Assembly (NCBI GenBank): GCA_030426085.1
Contig: JAUHYW010000013.1
Location: 3,074 to 67,073 of the forward strand
Direction: 5' to 3'
DNA from: a bacterium
Lineage (GTDB): Bacteria; Myxococcota_A; Bradymonadia; UBA7976; UBA1532
DNA: 64,000 nt
How positions within the stretch are numbered: the first letter of the stretch is position 1; each line of letters starts with the position of its first letter. Under the pieces are notes generated by a model. The model was not told the DNA's origin. It worked only from the letters and a program-made list of their open reading frames with translations, and did no database searches. Positions 63,301 through 64,000 of this stretch are shown here, piece by piece. A program made the position numbers and the translations under genes.

Positions 63301-63472
63301 TCTCGGCGAAGCGCACCACCCCGCCCATGTCATCGTGATCGGTCAGCGCCAGCGCCCGCAGGCCGATGTCGCGGGCGCGCTCGACATAGGTCTCGGGCAG
63401 CGCGGCCCCGTCCAGCAGCGAGTAGGCGCTGTTCAGATGCAGTTCTGCGTATTCGCTCCCCCCCCGGGCCAT
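60302..63472 (-). CDS. dnaE2: Error-prone DNA polymerase III alpha-subunit paralogue (DnaE2/ImuC)
   Basis: 1056 aa from ATG 63472. PHP domain ...YAELHLNSAYSLLDGAALPE...ALALTDHDDMGG.... Pol III alpha core ...GYFLIMWEIVQYARE...GRGSAANSAVCYCLGIT...PDIDLDIEH.... OB-fold tail. It lies directly downstream of imuB, and its size of about 1050 aa is typical of DnaE2 rather than DnaE1. Confidence 0.88.
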   Translation of the reverse strand: MARGGSEYAELHLNSAYSLLDGAALPETYVERARDIGLRALALTDHDDMGGVVRFAEKARELDDFPAIIGVELTVGDEADPTGGDMHPLTLLARDGAGYANLGRLVTRSRGLEPRGRPRVSLDALAAHTDGLYCLSGGPRGLVPRALAAGDALGARRAAGHLRDMFGAHFAVEVMDHGLPEEARLAGGLIHLAREMDVPWVVTNNVHYATPGDRILHDVLTCLRHHTTLDEAGRRLKPNAEWHLKAPHVMAERWRHAPEGLRASVEIAEQCTFRFAQLEPALPSVPLPDGFEDADAFLSHLTWEGARARWGRGITEWHRKQLDKELDLIRRKGLSGYFLIMWEIVQYAREVEILVQGRGSAANSAVCYCLGITAVDPIRFDLLFERFLSDARDGYPDIDLDIEHSRREEIIQFVYRRYGRTHAAMVCAHNCFRGKSAVRDTARVLGFGFDEGGRLAEQARRDTGFDADSVRRAGFDPDRPRMKALLKVVRGLWGLPRHRSIHVGGFVLSTTPIAEICPVEPAAMAGRTVIQWDKDDLDGAGLPKFDLLGLGILSVLAEGLGLVRERHGVPATLYSLPDRQEVYDMIARADTVGTFQIESRAQMNTLPRTRPRTLYELAIQVALIRPGPLQGDMVHPYIRRKRGEEPIDLIHPSLTNILRRTLGVPLFQEQGMRLAVVAGGFSLDEAERLRKAVGSERHRHKLAPLMDKLRAGMADKGIDPEAGERIIKQIEAFSTYGFPESHSTSFALLVYASCWLKCFYPAEFLVAMLNAQPMGFYAPATLIKDAQRHGVGVRPPCLAHSAWDARMDGHCVRLGLRSIVGLGPRTRDRVEAARADGPFRSAEDVVHRVELSDGALRILAEAGAFDAFVPGGRRDAVWKALHLARSVVGPLPLRAPPDPPVRFVSLTPREETIADLRTMALTTGPHLVAHVRDALDARGVITAEGLRQARHHQWVKVAGIVNTRQRPPTAKGFFFLTLEDETGFVNVIVPPKVFERSRPTLTRAPFIEVEGPVSCEQGVFNVKGRRFTALDVKGAKLAVRAQRWAGATGYGHAGRG

Positions 63473-63563
63473 GGCTAGGACCCCCGGCTTCGATGACAAT
63501 GAGTCGACGGCGCGTAGATCCCGCCCGAGCGAAGCGAGGGGGCCGGAGTCGAGCACGGCATAC

Positions 63564-64000
63564 CTAATCCAGCCATCCCAACACCCACCAGCTCTCGGTC
63601 CGCGCGTCGCGGCCGACCCACAGGATGCCCCCGTCGGCCAGCGCAAGGCGGTAGTCCTCCCGAGCGTAGGGATCGGCCGTCCACCAGCCGCCCGACAGCC
63701 GCTCGGGCCCCCGGGCGTCGACCGTGCGCCAGCCGCCGTCCCAGCGCACCGCCTGGGGCATGCCGTCCCGATCCAGGCGCACGTCGACCGCCTGGGGCAC
63801 CGCCAGCCGGCGGCGCACCGGCGCCGGATCGGTCGGCGGGGCCGGCGTGGCGTCGGCCAGGGGTGGATCGAGGGGCACCTCGACCACCGGGCGCCAGGCC
63901 CCGGCTTTCTCCGGGCGGCTGTCGTCGCGGGCCTCGGCCTCGAAGACCACCGGCTCGCCGTAGCGCCCCTGCAAGCGGTTGAGGGCCCCCTCCAGCGCGC
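63564..64000 (-). CDS. imuB: 3' end of imuB (Y-family-polymerase-like mutagenesis protein); the 5' end lies outside the window
   Basis: The frame is open from the window edge (...ALEGALNRLQGRYGEPVVF...) to the stop at 63564. The C-terminal ...GPERLSGGWWTADPYAREDYRLALADGGILWVGRD....WWVLGWLD matches the conserved ImuB tail. It lies 91 nt upstream of dnaE2. Confidence 0.7.
   Translation of the reverse strand, partial: ALEGALNRLQGRYGEPVVFEAEARDDSRPEKAGAWRPVVEVPLDPPLADATPAPPTDPAPVRRRLAVPQAVDVRLDRDGMPQAVRWDGGWRTVDARGPERLSGGWWTADPYAREDYRLALADGGILWVGRDARTESWWVLGWLD

Overview
This is a very GC-rich bacterial chromosomal segment (about 70% by eye, not computed). It is almost certainly from Myxococcota. 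The evidence is a MYXO-CTERM-type tail at about 44470-44560, many lipoproteins with Pro/Asp/Glu linkers, and eukaryotic-like Ser/Thr kinases. I support about 47 protein genes. I could not support any rRNA, tRNA, CRISPR array, transposase, integrase or prophage. The ORF track writes GTG/TTG starts as M, and most of its long Arg/Pro/Gly-rich ORFs are shadow frames of real genes. Several starts were re-set to internal ATG/GTG codons that have a GGAG-like Shine-Dalgarno sequence or a 4-nt ATGA/GTGA overlap with the upstream stop.

Main blocks:
- 3051-10105 (+): a tight 7-gene operon of three AIM24/DUF124 paralogues, two SAM methyltransferases, an O-antigen-ligase-like membrane protein and an N6-adenine DNA-methylase-like protein.
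- 16113-10122 (-): a degenerate kinase followed by an MMPL/RND transporter, a LolA-like protein and an outer-membrane (OM) barrel.
- 22588-18255 (-): pgi coupled to an M6 metalloprotease.
- 26139-23660 (-): a PNPOx/PaiB-like-GNAT fusion followed by a MocR regulator, downstream of a large AsmA-like protein.
- 29789-33743: two divergent lipoprotein genes that carry long inverted (Gly-Glu)n repeats.
- 40816-33765 (-): a haem-uptake operon of a TonB-dependent receptor, a triple-HmuY lipoprotein, hmuTUV and a HugZ-like protein. An AT-rich Fur-box-like island lies upstream.
- 51127-46192 (-): imelysin, a dihaem DUF1111 protein, a second imelysin and an HTTM membrane protein, possibly followed by an HAD hydrolase. 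A second Fur-like site lies upstream.
- ECF sigma/anti-sigma pair, putA followed by a free-standing archaeal-type ThrRS editing-domain homologue, OmpA-like and barrel proteins, and imuB-dnaE2.

The candidates I rate highest for an undescribed system are the AIM24x3/methyltransferase/Wzy-like/N6-MTase operon, the pseudokinase-MMPL-LolA-like-barrel operon, the inverted GE-repeat pair around a shared divergent promoter, and the imelysin-dihaem-imelysin-HTTM variant. All family assignments come from motif recognition by eye and need HMM or BLAST confirmation.
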